Below, in pieces: positions 61,527 to 64,000 of a stretch of 64,000 nt of DNA (the first letter of the stretch is position 1; every line of letters begins with the position of its first letter). Both the position numbers and the translations under genes were made by a program. Below the pieces are notes generated by a model. The model did not search any database, was not told the DNA's origin, and saw nothing but the letters and a program-made list of their open reading frames with translations. Source of the DNA: Candidatus Bathyarchaeota archaeon (GTDB taxonomy: Archaea > Thermoproteota > Bathyarchaeia > 40CM-2-53-6 > RBG-13-38-9); NCBI GenBank assembly GCA_963807605.1, contig CAWECG010000001.1, forward strand, positions 192,001 through 256,000, read 5' to 3'.

Positions 61527-61830
61527 TTAGTCTCTTCTTCTCTTGACTACAACTGCGGATAGTGCAGCGGCTAGTCCTGCTAATGTTAGGTAGGGTGTTA
61601 GGATCTCAAGCTTGCTGGTTGGCAGGGTGACTCCGCCTACGGGTCTTGCGAGTAGCGGCTGTCAGTTAGGAACTTGGTCCGTGTAAGAATGGGGCTGCGA
61701 TTGAGTTATATCAACCGGGTTAGTGCCATCAGCATTCATCACCCATATGCTTTCAGATCTTCTAGTGAATGCGATCTTTGTTCCGTCAGGAGACCAAGCG
61801 GGGAAGTCATCTTCCAATCCACTAGGAGGG
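61527..61830 (-). pseudogene. Remnant of a TolB/PD40-repeat surface protein with a PVGG-type membrane anchor
   Basis: PAWSPDGTKIAF, VMNADG; in-frame TGA at 61662-61664 (PN*QP, expected PNWQP), then PVGG...TM...KRRRD. Confidence 0.75.
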
Positions 61831-62214
61831 GGGCTCACTTGCTTCCTACCTGAGGCGCGCGCTACCCGCGGGCGAATAGGGCATGCCCTCACAACATCCA
61901 GGCGAGCAGAAAGAACTAAAAAGAAACTTCACATAGGCGCGCTCTCTTGTTGAAGAGAGTGCGATTCCGCAAAGGCAGCAGACCAGTTAACGGCACCGCT
62001 GTGGAATCAGAGGTCCAAGGCGACATTCGTTGTTATTTCTTCGAAAGCTTCCACTTACCTGACATGTTGTAGGTTAATGATTATCAAGCTTATTTGGCTA
62101 CGCACGTAGGATGCTGAGACGCTCTTCACACACGCTGTCCACTATTTTCGGTTTTTCACCTACACATACTCGAAAATTCTTTTATCCTCATTGAGTTACC
62201 TTCTTGGCTGGTGA

Positions 62215-62478
62215 TTGGGAATGTCGCTCAACTGGGATCCGACGACGGTATCGAACCTAGTCTTTTGCATCATAGTGTTGGTGATGGGAGTCTGGGGCTA
62301 CCAGAAGAAAAAGGACAAAACACCTCTCTTCATAGGCGTCGCTTTCCTGTTCTTCGCTATCTCACATATCGCAACAATACTTGGCTCGGCTGCTGATTTG
62401 TCATATCCGCTACTCATCACACGTGTAATCGGTTACCTGGTAGTCATATATGCCCTGTACAAATACATCAAGCCCTAG
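62215..62478 (+). CDS. Small 3-TM membrane protein
   Basis: NL..C.I...G..GY, PL.IG.AF.LF..SH. Confidence 0.75.
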   Translation: MGMSLNWDPTTVSNLVFCIIVLVMGVWGYQKKKDKTPLFIGVAFLFFAISHIATILGSAADLSYPLLITRVIGYLVVIYALYKYIKP

Positions 62479-62848
62479 GCAGACTCACACATCAACGACA
62501 ACTGTTACTAAGTTCCATCTTTTTTTGTTTCACAACTATTTTCTGACCTCGATCCTAATTACACATCAACAAAGTGCGCTAGAATCGATTTGGTGATAAG
62601 GCGCTCTCACGCGCGCCCTCGGCTACGAAATTCACGTAGGTTCACCCCAAGAATTCAAACCTAGTTACTAGTATCTGTGCTCTAACTCCGACGGGATTCG
62701 ATGCGTTAACGGTGCTGAAATTGGGCTCAAAACTCGCGTGGGTTCAAGCCTCGAAGGTTTTGACCCCAGCTCGCTAGACCGCTTGCCCAATGCAGGATCC
62801 TAGTTGATATAGCTGTACTCAGCTAGTCTCATCTGTGATTTTGGAGCT

Positions 62849-64000
62849 ATGGAACCAACTGGGCCGTCTCCTCGTCTCTACGGCATTTTTGGTTGGATTA
62901 TTGTAGCGTTGGTCTTCGTCGGCGTGATCGTCTATGGCCTGTCGGTCTATCTGAACTGGATCGTTCTAGAGTACATGTACGCCTCCAAGGCAGGCCTTGA
63001 CTGGTTCTCGATAAACTTCTACCACAACAACACGTTCATCGTTGCCGCTGTTCTAGCGTTTCTCTTCGTTAACCCAGTTCCCAGGAGAAGCCATCTCTTC
63101 GAGGCTTTGTGGTCGCTGGGTGGGGCGTTTGCGCGTGTCAGAGGGGAAGAGCAGGTTGTCTCGCTCGGCCCAGGCAAGGTTCTTTGGCTGTTCTGGCAGA
63201 TCGTCAAATGGGCTATCGCGTTCTGGATAATCGCAACCGCGAACGGCATACCGGGTTTCGGCAACATGACGGTCATAATCACGATGCTGCAAAGCGGGCT
63301 AGGCAATTGGGGGCAGGTCGTTAGGATCTTTCTGCTCCCGCTGGTCCCAGCCTCCGGGACTGAACTCGTTGCCTTGATGCCTACTATGGAAGTTCAGTAT
63401 CGTCTCATCTATGATATCGTTGGCGCGGTTGTCTTTGTAGGAGTCATAAGGCTCATTCTAATGCTCGTCCGCGATTTCGCCCGCATGAAGACGAATGCTT
63501 GGATGAGGGATCTGTTCCTGATAATGGCTCTGGTTGTTCTGGCGATTATTGCCGATGCACCCTACTGGCTCATGAACATTGTAACGCCCTACGACTACCT
63601 GATCGCAGTCATTGTCTTCGTAAGTTTCCTCGTCATCGCAGCTTCTGTCCAGTTCGGAGTCATCCGGAGGACGATAGGTATGACGCGCCGGAAGCGATGG
63701 ATGGTCTACATCATGGCCTTGTTCATATTGGGCATACTTGTCGTGAACCTAGGTTTCGTCGCAGGATATTCCCTGAACTGGAACAACAACTGGAGCAACT
63801 ACGAATGGAAGCCCATGACGATGAAGGAAATCGAGGTCACGCGATGGTCGGCAGGCATCCAGAATGTCGTGACGGCGCCTCTCTCGAGTCTTCCCGCAGG
63901 GAACACTAGCACAATCGTCTCGCTTGTGCGGCAGTGGGATCACGATGCATCGTACACGAAGATGATAAATCAGATAGGCGTCAATTGGATGCAGCTCAGC
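62849..64000 (+). CDS. UPF0182-like membrane protein, runs off the window (not in the ORF track)
   Basis: ATG 62849 with a frame open to the window end; multiple TMs; EI..TRW.AG, VRQWD motif. Confidence 0.75.
   Translation, partial: MEPTGPSPRLYGIFGWIIVALVFVGVIVYGLSVYLNWIVLEYMYASKAGLDWFSINFYHNNTFIVAAVLAFLFVNPVPRRSHLFEALWSLGGAFARVRGEEQVVSLGPGKVLWLFWQIVKWAIAFWIIATANGIPGFGNMTVIITMLQSGLGNWGQVVRIFLLPLVPASGTELVALMPTMEVQYRLIYDIVGAVVFVGVIRLILMLVRDFARMKTNAWMRDLFLIMALVVLAIIADAPYWLMNIVTPYDYLIAVIVFVSFLVIAASVQFGVIRRTIGMTRRKRWMVYIMALFILGILVVNLGFVAGYSLNWNNNWSNYEWKPMTMKEIEVTRWSAGIQNVVTAPLSSLPAGNTSTIVSLVRQWDHDASYTKMINQIGVNWMQLS

Noticed and set aside
61662-61664. TGA recoding (Trp/Sec) suggested by PN*QP and the Brix-pcc1 junction
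   Set aside because: Many conserved genes here (psmA, rrp4, rSAM) end normally at TGA and Trp is encoded by TGG throughout; a nonsense mutation is simpler
62683-62848. Complete multi-intron tRNA-Gln on the minus strand, or a twister ribozyme
   Set aside because: The T-stem 5' strand is missing and no consistent BHB junctions were found; twister similarity is limited to TAACTCCG
1647-63943. Many short ORFs in the track that overlap identified genes (e.g. 4533-4982, 8153-8572, 24010-24366, 63499-63909)
   Set aside because: Antisense or alternate-frame shadows of well-supported genes, with no motifs of their own

Overview
Archaeal chromosome segment, most consistent with a Bathyarchaeia/TACK genome (psmA N-terminus [20 protein letters not shown]-type SD sites, CFI-box/PEF/PVGG C-terminal sorting tails; this assignment is inference). 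1-21 kb is housekeeping: the RNase P-proteasome-exosome superoperon, an ECF transporter, XPF, hxlB, dph6 and EF-2. 21-40 kb holds an ArsR-DsrE2-TusA-NarI-HdrD-tetraheme cytochrome sulfur-redox operon, a CLC channel, uvrBA, proAB and an IS200/IS605 tnpB element. 40-64 kb is accessory: secreted proteases, surface proteins, duplicated ABC permeases, IS and tRNA remnants, and Alba. Main finding: the EF-2 gene is interrupted by a 31-nt insertion (18688-18718) that carries an in-frame stop and folds into a canonical bulge-helix-bulge (BHB). Cutting at the standard splicing-endonuclease positions restores the conserved ...QIRNIGIIAHVDHGKTT frame, so this looks like an archaeal pre-mRNA intron in an essential translation factor. 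The window also contains unannotated micro-ORFs (12-aa poly-Lys and 29-aa acidic, both with strong SD sites, and a 39-aa coiled coil), a triple AT-hook protein, and two single-base frameshifts (uvrA and the hdrD-like gene).
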